Notes under the pieces: generated by a model
The model's input: only the letters and a program-made list of their open reading frames with translations
Told to the model about the DNA's origin: nothing
Databases searched by the model: none
DNA from: Chrysomallon squamiferum
Taxonomy: Eukaryota > Animalia > Mollusca
Assembly: GCA_012295275.1 (NCBI GenBank)
Contig: CM022670.1
Location: forward strand, 3,844,001 to 3,908,000
Length of the DNA: 64,000 nt
Direction of reading: 5' to 3'
Part shown: positions 1-12,809 of the stretch, in pieces
How the letters are laid out: each line of letters opens with the position of its first letter
Numbering within the stretch: position 1 is the stretch's first letter
Program-made: the position numbers and the translations under genes

Positions 1-598
1 CTGCTAATTTAATCTTTGATTTTCAAATTTGATGATGGGAGTAACCCCACAGATTGGCAGCACTTATCCAAACACTGTCTTTTCAAACCACACCAAAACC
101 TTTTATCTTTAGCACAACTGTTTTATTTTTTTTCTGGGATCTTCATCCTCAATTTTATTTTATTTTTCTTTGGTTAAACTTTATCTGCCACAGACATTAC
201 CAATAAATGTAAACCAGAAACATAAGCCTTTTGAGCATCACTTCAGAAGGCACAGGGTTGGAATGGGAAAATAGGCTGAACATCCTTTGTCTGAAATTTA
301 GAAATTAAATTTTTGAGTAACTGAGTGATAGTTATATTTCATTTTTGTTTTTTGAAAATTTCATAGAAACCGTTTAATGATCAAAATAAATAAAAATTAT
401 TTAATAAATCTGTCTTCTGGCTATTGGTATAAGCTGTGTATGAAAGAAAATTTGATGTCATATTAAGTCTTCCATCAGCAACTTCCTTATAAAACAGACT
501 ATTTTGTTGTCAAAATCTGAATTATTCTGGCATGAAGATATTATAATTTTTTATTTTTAAATTTTTTGTATAAGAGCTGCTCAACCCATGTTTGGAGA

Positions 599-1458
599 TC
601 ACTGTGGAAGAAGACAACAGGGAAGGTCCAGTCTCACAGACTTAGAAGAAGGTGGGGTGCTGAAGAGCACAGAACTCCAGCAAGCACCTGGAACCACCGA
701 GCTCTTGGCTGGATCGGCCACAGAATGACAGGAAAGGTCAAGAAGTCCGTTCTTGAGATCTCTCTGCGAGATCTTCAGCTCCAGGTCACTTCGACACACG
801 ACAGACGTGTTCTGCAGGCCAAGACTAGCGTCAGAGTCTGGAGAGTCTGGGTGAGTGATGGGACTTCTAGAAAGATCTAAGGGTGTGTCTTGAGACTTGT
901 CCATCTCATCACAGCAGGAAGGTGGCTCCACTTTGAGGACTGACAGGGGCAGAGGTGGCAAAGTCTTTGGTAAAATGTCTGAGAAGTGTGATGTGACCAT
1001 CGACACGTTCCCACTGAGAATCTGAGCTGACATCAGCGCGTGGGACTGTCCCGACATCGGCAGAGGAGTGGGCAACTGGAAGATGTTGTTCTGCAGAGGA
1101 ACGAAGTGCGAGTTCTGCGGGTTTAACACGAGGCCCTGTGGACCGATGTTTATCACACTGGCCAGCGATGATGATGATGACAACGATGATGATGATGACA
1201 AAGTTGAAGCTGGGGTGTGAGAAGGAGCTGTTTTTCTAACCCTCGATGTGAAGCAGTCGTTGTCATGGCGGTAGAAGTGTCCGTGCGTACGTACGTGTTT
1301 GCGCAGTGAGCTGGGGTCTGTGTAGCGCTTGCTGCATCCTGGCATTTTACACAGGTACGGCTTCTCCTCCTGGTGTGTGCGCACGTGCTTGAACCGGTCG
1401 CTCGAGTTGGAATACGCTTTGTGACAACCCTCGAACGGACAAACGTACGGTTTCTCTC
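599..1458 (-). CDS. GLIS2: GLIS2 terminal coding exon (ZF4, ZF5, Ser-rich C-terminus with PLDLS motif)
   Basis: Acceptor ttcatttcag|GAGAGAAA. Reads (G)[60 protein letters not shown]... to TGA at 599-601. Confidence 0.95.
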
Positions 1459-1890
1459 CTGAAATGAATAAGCATGGTAAGTTGTAAACACAGATAATGT
1501 GTGTGTGTGTCTGTGTGTCTCTGTGTGTGTGTGTGTATACATCTTCTGAATGAATGAATGAATGGACAAATAAAGGAATGAATAAATGAATATTTAATAT
1601 ATTTGAATTTTATACAGCCCCTATTAATTAATTTTGTTTTCATATTAATGGTTTTTTCTAACTCTGCACATTTGTTGTGAATAAATTTGCACTTGTATAA
1701 ATTTATAAATATTTCATATAACCATAATTTCAATTTTAGACCTGGGTGTTATTCCCATTTTAAATACATAATTTTAATTGAATTTCATTTTAACATTTCA
1801 GATAGGTAATTTACTGACACACTTGTAATTCATTTCATATATCTAAAAACATTCCCTATACCTTTCTTTTTTCTTTTTTTTCATATTTCA

Positions 1891-2169
<279 letters not shown>

Positions 2170-2358
2170 TCATTTTCAACAAAACAATTATAATAATAAT
2201 AATAATAATAATAAAAATAAGAACAACAACAACAACAATAGAAAATGATAACCAACACCAAAAATCAAAACAACAACAATCAATCAAACATTAAAAATAA
2301 AAAAAAAATTATTAAAAAAAATAATAATAAAACAACACATTTCAAATTCCTCCCTTAC

Positions 2359-2567
2359 CTGGCATTAAATCCTTTTCCCAGCCTGGGACATCCTGTCCAC
2401 TTGCACTGGTAGTCAATGTCTGGCCTCTCCACCTTCACGTGGTGGTCGTTCACATGGACAACGAGGTCATCGATGTTGCCGAAGGTCTGACCACACTGTT
2501 TCCACAGACACTCGTAACACTGAGATTTGTTTGTTACACAGTTCTTGGCTGAATCTTCTGCCAAAAT
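2359..2567 (-). CDS. GLIS2: GLIS2 exon (ZF1, start of ZF2)
   Basis: Acceptor ttcatttcag|ATT, donor CCAG|gtaagg. Encodes ILAED...YECLWKQCGQTFGNIDDLVVHVNDHHVKVERPDIDYQCKWTGCPRLGKGFNA(R), with the tandem CW motifs typical of GLI/GLIS/ZIC ZF1-ZF2. Confidence 0.94.
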
Positions 2568-2961
2568 CTGAAATGAAAATATCAAATATTCAAATATCAT
2601 TTCATCATTATACCTGGCTAACATTTATTACATTTACTGAAAGGCATTATTATTACTGTTAACTGTTATTGTTGTTAATATTAGTACTGACAGTAGTATT
2701 TAGTAGTGATAATAAATGTAGTTGTAGTGATGGTAGTAGTAGTTGTTGTAGTGGTGGTAGTAGTAGTAGTTATAGTGTAGTAGTTGTAATGATAAGAACA
2801 ATAGTTGTAATGGTAGTAGTAATAATAGTTTTTGTGGTGATAGTAGTAGTCATAATGGTGGTAGCAATAGCAATAGTAGTAGTTGTAGTAGTAACAGTGA
2901 TAGTAGCAGTAGTAGTAGTAATAGTAGTTCCAGTAGCAGTAGTAACAGTGGTAGTAGCAGC

Positions 2962-2990
2962 CACACACACATATACACTCACTCACACAC

Positions 2991-3055
<65 letters not shown>
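2962..3055. repeat. (CA)n microsatellite, preceded by a degenerate (GTA)n tract at about 2690-2960
   Basis: Directly visible. Confidence 0.95.
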
Positions 3056-3057
<2 letters not shown>

Positions 3058-3079
3058 ACTTTGTAGATAAAATGATTAC

Positions 3080-3360
3080 CTGTGCAGGTGGTCCTTTTGA
3101 CATTTCTGAATGACGTGGCACAATACCGGGCAACAGCATTGCTGACGGCAGCAACATGGAATCAGTCATGATGGGAGCAGAAAACGTCAGCGGCAGCATG
3201 CATGACTGCACCATGGAATCATGGGCAAAAATGGCTTCCGAGGCGGAACACGTCGACACACACAGCGAGGTGTTCAGGGTGGGGCAGGGTGGACACAAGA
3301 AGCTGTGGGAGTCCAGCTGCAACATGGCTGTCGTTTTTGCTTCTTCTGCTGCAACGTCAG
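3080..3360 (-). CDS. GLIS2: GLIS2 N-terminal region exon
   Basis: Acceptor gttttcccag|CT, donor ACAG|gtaatc (phase 0 into next exon). GC-rich open frame (A)DVAAEEAKTTAMLQLDSH...SKGPPAQ; translation could alternatively start at the internal Met (MLQLDS). Confidence 0.8.
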
Positions 3361-3812
3361 CTGGGAAAACGAGCAATTTGAAAGTGAAATTTTGTTGTTT
3401 TTTTGTTTTCAAGAATATCACATTGTCGTCATTTTTATCATCAACATCATCATCATAATCATATTAGTAGTAGTAGTTGTATTATTATTATTATTATTAC
3501 TGCTGTTATAATTATTATCAATTTTATTTCTTATTATTTTTATTATCATCATTTTACTATTAGTAATATTATTATTATTAAAAAAGTCAAAAGTTTTATT
3601 ATTATTAAAAAGTTTTAAAAAGTTTTATCATCATCATCCTCATTATTCTTATTGTTATTATTAACTGAGAGAGGACATCTGTCATTGCCTAACCATGAGT
3701 TATAGTTCTTGTTCATTATCTTTTATTATCACCTTCCCATAGACAGTGAAGCAATACCAATGTCTTTTACAGTCGAGACACAATGCAGTACATAGAATAA
3801 TAATAATAATAA

Positions 3813-3849
<37 letters not shown>

Positions 3850-3939
3850 TATTGTTGTTGTTGTTCTTCTTCTTCTTGTTCAGCTCTCTTTGTTATAAGT
3901 ATTATCGTGATCCATATCAATAAGACTTCAGTACGATAC

Positions 3940-4096
3940 CTTCATCTGAATTCTGGTGTCCAGTGTCATCCACCTTCCTTTCACCCTGGCCACTGCCATT
4001 GGTCACTACACTGTCCACTTCACCTGCTTGACCATGTTCGTGTGACTGTCCATTGGTCTGCTTTATCATCCTTTGCAGAACTGCATCGGTGTGTAT
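3940..4096 (-). CDS. GLIS2: Probable GLIS2 N-terminal exon
   Basis: Acceptor ctcattacag|ATA, donor GAAG|gtatcg (phase 1, matches next exon). Open frame IHTDAVLQRMIKQTNGQSHEHGQAGEVDSVVTNGSGQGERKVDDTGHQNSDE; GC-richer than flanks. Confidence 0.62.
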
Positions 4097-4376
4097 CTGT
4101 AATGAGATTTTAAAAAACCTGTTTGTTGGTTATTTTTCACAGATTCACAATAACAGAAGTGAAAACTGTGAAGCATCCATCATTTCACAACAGTGACAAC
4201 ACCAACGTGGATACCCACACACAACCACCACAAGCAGGAGTAAAACCATTTAAAGTCATTTTTCAAAAAGCCGTGTTTGTTACTTCATCATCACCGTCTT
4301 CTTAGACGTCTGTGTCGGTTGTTTGGTCAAAAACATTAATTATTTGTTCATTAAACTTAGAGACATTTTTACAAGC

Positions 4377-4502
<126 letters not shown>

Positions 4503-4987
4503 TATTTTTTATTTATTTTTTATTTATTTATTTTATTTTTTTCACCCAGTCAAGTGGTAAACAAATATAACTGATGTTGGACAGTTAAATGACATATGTT
4601 ATTAAGAAGACGAAAACAAAATATGCACTTGTGGAATTAAACCAGTTCAAAAGGAAATTAGTTATGCAGAAAAGAAGAAAAAAAAACAACACTAATGTTA
4701 TCCCTGAATACAAACACTTTCATTAATTAATTTCTAAACATACAATAATAAAATTTGTGAGCATCAAGTGATTGTTACTGCAGTTATTATGTTGACTTTT
4801 CGTCTATAACTGTTGTAACTTCTGCAACAACAGTTCTGTGTTTTAACAGTCTCTGTTTTACCACTTTTCAAACAGATGGCAAATCCCACAAGGGGAGGGG
4901 TGTTGAAATGGATAACATAAAACATTAATGTACATAAGTCATCCTTCACATAAATTATCAGTGACACACACAAAAACACATGCATAC

Positions 4988-5038
4988 AAAACTCGCATAA
5001 GAATACACAAGAGAACATTTAGTTACACATACTTACAC

Positions 5039-5075
<37 letters not shown>

Positions 5076-5331
5076 AACTGTTTTCTTGTATAAGTATGTG
5101 TAACTAAATGTTCTCTTGTGTATTCTTATGCAAGTTTTATTTATTCTCATATTATTTTCATCAAACCAAAATCCACACAAATAACATGTAATAATATTAA
5201 ATATTGAATTTAAACATCATGACAATATTGATTAGAGCTGTGTTATAAAATGTATTAATTAACAGTTTTTAATAAATCCATAAAAAACAAACAAACTCGC
5301 ATACAGATAGACAGACAGACACAGGCACAAA

Positions 5332-5381
<50 letters not shown>

Positions 5382-5706
5382 CAACACACACAAACAGACA
5401 GACAAAATAAAGGCACGCACACGCAAAAACACATGATAATATGCATACATGCATACAAACTCGCATAAAAATACACAAGAGAACATTTAGTTACACATTT
5501 ATTTTTGATGGTGGACTCTTCCTATGAATAACACAAACTGTTTTCTTGGCATAACAACACACCTTAGAGATTTATTAAAAACTGTTCATTAATACATTTT
5601 ATGACACACCTCTAATCAATACTATCATAATGTTTAAATTCAATATTTAATATTATTACATGTTATTTGTGTGGATTTTGGTTTGATGAAGATAATATTA
5701 TGAGAA

Positions 5707-5711
<5 letters not shown>
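4988..5711. repeat. Compound inverted/direct repeat: IR-A 4988-5035 vs 5091-5138; IR-B 5139-5278 vs 5569-5711
   Basis: IR-A has 48-bp arms with 1 mismatch. IR-B has arms of about 140 bp with scattered mismatches and a 2-nt indel. A direct copy of arm A lies at about 5458-5498. Confidence 0.9.
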
Positions 5712-5766
<55 letters not shown>

Positions 5767-6149
5767 CACACACATATGATTTTAAGTCATTATACATTAT
5801 ATAATCTTATAAAATTTATAATTGCAACATTTAGTGTTATACAATTTATTAAAAATGTTATGATTAATGTTATGATTTTAGATAATGGAATAGCATTTAC
5901 ATAAAATGAATTATTTTCAATAACAATGTTATAAAATTTACTTTTCGGTAACAATGTAATATTTAAACTTATAAAATGTATCATTTTAGATAACAATGTA
6001 ATAATTAATCTTAGTGATACATATAAATCTTATAAAAAAAAAATCACAAATCTTATCCAGTTGTACCTTATAAAAAATCATTTTACAAAAACACAATTAT
6101 GAATATTTCTGGGGTGGTTTTTTTTTGACTAAGTGTTAACATGACATAC

Positions 6150-6161
6150 CTTCAATTTCAT
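6150..6161 (-). CDS. GLIS2: Candidate GLIS2 first coding exon (MKLK)
   Basis: caaaaATGAAATTGAAG|gtatgt: A-rich start context, good donor, phase 0 joins the exon at 4096; an X-box lies about 120 bp upstream. Confidence 0.42.
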
Positions 6162-6282
6162 TTTTGATCCTTTATCAACAACAATTCAAAATCGCTTTTT
6201 AAAGCCTTTTTAAAGCCTGCTATGACATCAAACATGTTACACCACTGTCGTCACTGCACATGTAAATGTGCAGACACCTTCA

Positions 6283-6296
6283 GTTGCCATAGCAAC
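6283..6296. promoter_or_regulatory. RFX X-box (GTTGCCATAGCAAC)
   Basis: Near-perfect match to the X-box palindrome GTTGCCATGGCAAC, about 120 bp upstream of the candidate GLIS2 ATG. Confidence 0.6.
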
Positions 6297-6839
6297 CAAA
6301 ATGAGTACAGCTTGACAATTGGTTTAAAGAAACAAGTGCATTACGCACTTGAAGAGATTTTAAATTCATTAGAATCTTCTTGAAAACAAAAGAAAACAAT
6401 AAAATTAATAATTAAAAGAAAATGAAATGGGTGTTTCAAAGATTAGGTTTATAAATGGTACTATATGCAGTCAAGATATACATTTTAATCAGTTTAATCA
6501 TGGTACGTTTAATTATTATTGTTTTTCTCTTAACATTTATTTAGCTCAAAAATATGCCATTTACGGTACTTTAACATAAAATACTGAGTCACAGAAATAC
6601 TAAAGATCTGGAGAAAAAGGAGTGGTTTGCATTGAGGATGTAAATCAAGGATGTTCCTAATTCAACTTCATTCCTTGTAGACTTTATTCCCCAAGTTTCA
6701 CAAAAATCATCTTCACTAGCATGTTCCAGTTCTCAAATTATAAACATTTAAATAATATGTTAGAAAATCTGAAGATAATTATTCCATTTTTTTTTTTTTC
6801 TGTATTATTTTCTTCTTTTTTTGATAATTAATTTATTTA

Positions 6840-6935
<96 letters not shown>

Positions 6936-7811
6936 TATTTTTTTATTTTTTATTATGACTTTTTTTATTTATGATAGTTTTCTAAATCAGAAGCTAAGAC
7001 TGAAAGCATATATATTTTAAATATAGGTGATACTAAAGGTGATGTAACAATTTTGTTTCTAGCAATGTCCACACATTTCTGTGTTAAATACGTAAGCAAC
7101 ATTTCCAGACAGTTTGGGCAGATTTGACAAATAACTATCCATATTTCCAACAGAGACTGACAACTAACTCTAGTATTTAGAGAAATCATTTTACATTTTT
7201 AAATACTGTTAGTATTTCTCAATACTTTATGAAATAACATAGAATTTAGTATTTCAGTGTATTAACGAACAGTCTAAAAAAAAACTAAAAATATCTTTAT
7301 GTTCCCAAATTGTTTGAATTTTTGTTGTTTTGGATGACTTATTGCTTGCAACAAAATATGACAGTAAAATGCTAGTTAGATTAAAACATAATTAAGATTA
7401 ATATTCAGAATTAAATAACTAAAATAAAAAATTTAAACTCACACACACACACACACATTAATATTCAGCTTTAACCTGCACAAACCCGCCAAAAATGTTT
7501 TCAAACTCAAAAAAAAAAAAAAAATAATAATAATAAATAATTTATCAAGATGTTTACCCCACCCACTGAAAGCACAGGGGGTCATGATATAAACTGATAT
7601 AGCACACTGCCTAGTTATATATATATATATATATATATTTAATTTTTTGTTATTTGTTTTGTTTTTTTGCATAATCTGGCTACAAATACATGCTTATATA
7701 TCAATTTGTTCCATTAAAATTCATTTTCAGATAAATATATATATATATATAAAATAAATAAATAAATAAATAAATAAATAAACAAACAAACAAACAAAAC
7801 AAACAAACAAA

Positions 7812-7848
<37 letters not shown>

Positions 7849-7857
7849 AATAAATTA

Positions 7858-7894
<37 letters not shown>

Positions 7895-8756
7895 CTATTA
7901 ATTTAAAACCAAATTAAAAATAAAAATGACTGACCAGATACATTTATTTTCAGATTAACAGTTTGCATCGAAATGTCAAACTAATTAAATAAAGATACTG
8001 AAAATTTTAATGTTTTAAGTTCAATTTCAGATTAAAACAAAATTAACCATTCTTTCAGACTTCAAAAAAAAAAGTATTTCAAACATTGATATTCAAAATT
8101 AAATAATTCAATTTATATTATCAGAATCACACCAATTGTGTTTCAGTTCAAACTCCAGTTATTGAGAAAAAAATCATGATCATAAACTTCATTTACCAAA
8201 TACAAAATTTCAAATATACACATTTAACTTACTTTTAAATTAATAAAATACTTATATACATTTTAAAAAAAATATATAAAACATATAAATTTAATTTTCA
8301 AATCAAACCTACCTGAGTTATTGAAACAAAATTATTTTTTTCAGCTGTCCTATATTACTTTTCAAAAAATGTCTTCTTCATAACTGTTCTGATAAAATCA
8401 GTTCATCACAGTCTTTCTTTACCTCCATTTTATCACCCTTCTTCAAAATTCAAAAACCACAACAAAACTGCACTCACAAAATTAATTAAAACATTCACCA
8501 GTTTGGAAAAAAGAACAAAACTTTTCTACTCATGAGGCTGAACCAGTTCCAAGAAAAAAAAAAAAAAAAAAAAAAAAAAAAGAATATTTTTTTTTAATCC
8601 TTTATTCCTGAAATCTCTGAAAACGGTTGTGTCTCGTAAAATAAGTTAAACAGGTAACAATCCTTTTATTTTTTTTCTCTCTCCCTTTTTTTTTTTAAAT
8701 TTTAATTTTTTTTTAATTTTTTAAAAATCCTCTGCTGAAGACTTAACGGTTATAAG

Positions 8757-9080
8757 TCATGCATCATCGAATCCAACAAGTCTGTGAAAATCTACTCGAA
8801 CCTCGCTAATCTTCATGACAGGCGTATTAATTCTTTTGTTGGCAAACAAATCGCCTGTTAGCAAGAGATAAGGTTCAGGCTGTGTGTGTGTACTGCCTGC
8901 CATCAAAACAAGCCCGCAGTAGAGGCTACCATCGTATCTGATCCCTGGGGCAATGAGAACATGCTGGTGGGGGGTCTGCTTAAGTCCTGTACAAAGGAAT
9001 GCGAAGACCCCCAGTAGACAGACCAGCAAGTCTACGTGGTTAAAGAACAGAACAACGAGTGACGTGTGTTAACTGCAAGG
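8757..9080 (-). promoter_or_regulatory. Candidate GLIS2 alternative promoter/enhancer containing a GLIS binding site GTGGGGGGTC (8967-8976)
   Basis: GC/CpG-richer island in AT-rich surroundings, with an exact match to the (G/C)TGGGGGGT(A/C) consensus. A strong minus-strand donor CAG|gtaggt at 8313/8312 follows, ending a probably non-coding exon. Confidence 0.45.
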
Positions 9081-9117
9081 CAGAAATCAAACATCTTTTT
9101 TATTATTATTTTTATTT

Positions 9118-9169
<52 letters not shown>

Positions 9170-10552
9170 GCTGGATATTGTCTAAAGAAGGTGGAAATAA
9201 AAAATAAAAAATAAAGGAATTCCACAGCATAAAAGAAAAAAAAATAGGAATATAATTTTTATTATTTATTTCAATAAATTAATTAATTTAATTTAAATAA
9301 ATAAATAAATAACTAAAGGGGAAAAAATTAGTGATTGTATATTAACAGGTAAAAAAAAAATACAATTAAATTTCTTTTACTAACCCATACTTTTCTTACT
9401 TTAATGTTTTGGTTTTTTTTTTCTGTATATCTATTTCCTGTTTTTTTAATTTTTTTGCATGTATGTATGTGTGTATGTACTTATGTATGTATGTGAATAT
9501 TCAACCTTAGCAAAGAAGCAGTAATGAGGAGCTGTATTAAAACACAGATACATTTCTCTTATCAGATAACAATTTGTCTGCCAACTATGCATGAGTGCAC
9601 CCCAGCCTCTCGCGATCACTTCAACGTAATTAATGGAGCTGGTCGCAAATTAACCCCCTGGCTCACCCTGGTGTGAAGGAGGAAAACTCAGAAGCTGTGG
9701 ATCAGTTTCCATTGTTTACAGGACAAGAAGATTAAAAATCCACTAATCACGGCACGTGGAACGTGATTTTCGTGAGGCAGGTAGCTGGGGGCCATGTTAT
9801 CAGTTTTTTCAATCAGGTGTTCACCGAGGACTGGTATAGCAGAAACAAACTGGGGAAACAATGGTTTGAAGAACACTGGCTAGGGGTCATTAGATGTGCA
9901 CACAATTGTGAGAACTTCAGATCTGGTGTTAAATTGTAAATGGTTAAGCTCCGAGCTTAATCGGAAATCTTGTGTGTAACATAATGAAGTTAAAAACCAA
10001 TTTTCAATGTGGTGTCGTTTTGCTGATTACAAAAAGGTTGTGATTTAAGAGACATGTTCAGTTTGCCAAGTCTTTTTGTACAAACTGAGGTGTGTGGCTG
10101 TGTGTGTGTGTGTCTGTTATCATTTAATGAATCATAATATTCAAATTTATACACACACACACACTTAGAGACAAATTTTTAAATATTAATAATGATACAT
10201 TTCAGTTTTTCAGTTTTATTTTCTAAACAGACTCATCACAACTGAAATAAAAATTGTAATTTGTTAAAACCAGCAGGTGATCACATTCTCAAACTGCTGA
10301 TGTTTTTCATGGTTTGTAAACCATGACATCATTATCACTTGCTCATTGACTGTGACAGTGATGTTGTCTTCTCAGTGTAAACACTCAGACACTCCCAAAC
10401 ACCCAGTTAACAAGACCTGGGTGACGCAAATGTCACCCTGTTATTATAGCTTTGATTTTAGAAAAACACTTTAGAGTTTTAGTTTTATTAATAATAATAA
10501 CAAGAGAAGGCAACAACAAGAAATACACACCTTCCATAGGAAAATACAAAAT

Positions 10553-10587
<35 letters not shown>

Positions 10588-11187
10588 TATATTGTATAGT
10601 ATTTCTATCTACCTCAGTAACTGAGATTTATAACTGAGACACACACACACACAAATGAAAAACATACCTACCTACATACAACACATAAATGTAACAGACA
10701 AACACACAGACACTCATACTCAAACAGTCATATATATATGTATGTATTTATGTAGGTATGTGTATATGTATATATGTATGTATGTATGTAAATGTATGTA
10801 TGTATGTGTGTGTGTGTGTTTGTATATATGCACATGTGTGTGTGTATGTATACATATATGTGTGTGTGTGTGTGTGTGTATTTAATCTTCTGTAACTAAC
10901 AGTTATCTGCACAGTGACGCAAGTGAGGTGTTGACAAGCACAACTGACGTCATCTGCAAACAGATGCTGTTTTTGATTATCACATCGCAGAGCTGCTCTC
11001 AGACAGCACAAGTCATCAGTTCATCCTCAAATCACATTATCAGCCATTTCCTATTCTAGCATCGCTCAGGACAATTTTGTCAAACACTGGGGCTTATATC
11101 TTCATTTTATTATTATTATTATTATTTTTTTTTTTTTCATGCAATTGTTCCTTTCTGTTCATTAAGTCAAAACAATTTATATGAGTT

Positions 11188-11201
11188 GTTGCCATGGAAA
11201 C
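11188..11201. promoter_or_regulatory. RFX X-box (GTTGCCATGGAAAC)
   Basis: Matches the X-box consensus GTNRCC(N0-3)RGYAAC-type palindrome with one deviation. Confidence 0.5.
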
Positions 11202-11823
11202 AAAAGCCTTTAGACTTTCCAGAATTTCAGCATAATCTGAACAACATAATAAATGTACATATTTGAAATTTTCTTGGAATATTTGAATATCTGCAACAAA
11301 TCAAGAATTTCTGTATAATAACAAAAATTAATTTTATTCATTTATGTAATCAAATAGTGAGTGTCCATTTAAAAAATAAATAAATAAATAAGAAAATGAA
11401 ACTAATACATTAGAATGCTTTCGAATAAATAAATACTACTACCACCAATAATAATAATAATAACAGGATTTTTTTTTGGTTGTTGTTGTTTTTTCTGTGC
11501 TTTAACAGAAAATTATACATTTTGAATCATTTATTATTATGATTATTATTATCATCATTATCATCATCATCATCATCATCATCATCATTAATTCCTGCTG
11601 ATTTGTCTTTGCAAAGAATGATAATTTATTGGTAAAATCATACTGGCCTTAATAAATATAAACGAGCAAACGGTGTGAAAAGACTGAGCCTCGACATTTT
11701 GTACTAGGTAAATTATATGCATGTTGTTGCTTGCTTTTTGCTTTATTTTTTTTTTCATTTTTATTTTTTATTTATTTATTTTACTATATTTTTTAATGAG
11801 TCAGATTCTGATTATAAAAACTA

Positions 11824-11867
<44 letters not shown>

Positions 11868-12582
11868 ATATATATAATATAATAAAAAAATAAAATAATA
11901 AAAAAAAAAAAAATCAATAAAAAAAAAAAAAAAATTAAATTCTGTTGCAAACAAATGCTGGTTTCATCAACATAGAAAAATGAACAGGAAAAAGAAGTCA
12001 CTGAAATAAACGAATATAAAATAAAATAAATACTATGACTACTACTACTAATAATAAAAATAACAATAATATAAAAAGGATGTCAAATATACTAAAAAGC
12101 TTGAGTAACCACAAATTAACATTATTGCCTTACAACACTTCTTCCAATGAGCTCTGGTTAAGCAGCTTTGAAATATGATCCTAATATCACTGGACCATAA
12201 AACCAATGTAATACCACTATATCACTGAGACTGTGGTGACAACTTGTTAATCTTTAATAAATTTGTCTTAAACAGAATCCTAAGTGTGGCAGTGTCAGAC
12301 ACACAGGAACAGTTCTTTGTTACATTATCATAAAATTAATTATTACAAATACGCTTGGACGAAGACCAGGTGAATCAAATATACTATAAAGCTTGAGTCT
12401 CCGTGTAAAAGGTTAAAATACAACCATAATAATAATAATAATAAAAATAATAATAATAATAAATTGGGTGTGAATGTTGATGTGGTGTCTGGGTTCCCAG
12501 TTAGAGTTTTGGAAATGTTTATCATCCTTATGTATTTTCTGTATTTCTTAGTTTTAGTTTTCTTTATCTCATCTTTTAAAAT

Positions 12583-12618
<36 letters not shown>

Positions 12619-12775
12619 AAGTAACCAACATTCTTATGTCTCTGGAACAAACACACTGGTGAGAACCAAACCAACATGAAGTGAGATTATGTATTAACAG
12701 ACAGCGATAACATCTAACACAGCCCTTCAGTCCAATTTCTGAGTAAACTGCATTACCAGCATACTTTTATTTATC

Positions 12776-12809
<34 letters not shown>

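Noticed and set aside
566-880. 104-aa plus-strand ORF
   Set aside because: Antisense shadow of the GLIS2 last exon; TTG start and no recognisable domain.
2669-3058. Val/Thr/Tyr-rich ORFs resembling membrane or mucin proteins
   Set aside because: Translations of (GTA)n and (CA)n simple repeats in a GLIS2 intron.
3156-3458. 100-aa plus-strand ORF
   Set aside because: Antisense to the GLIS2 exon 3080-3360, whose splice phases fit the minus-strand model.
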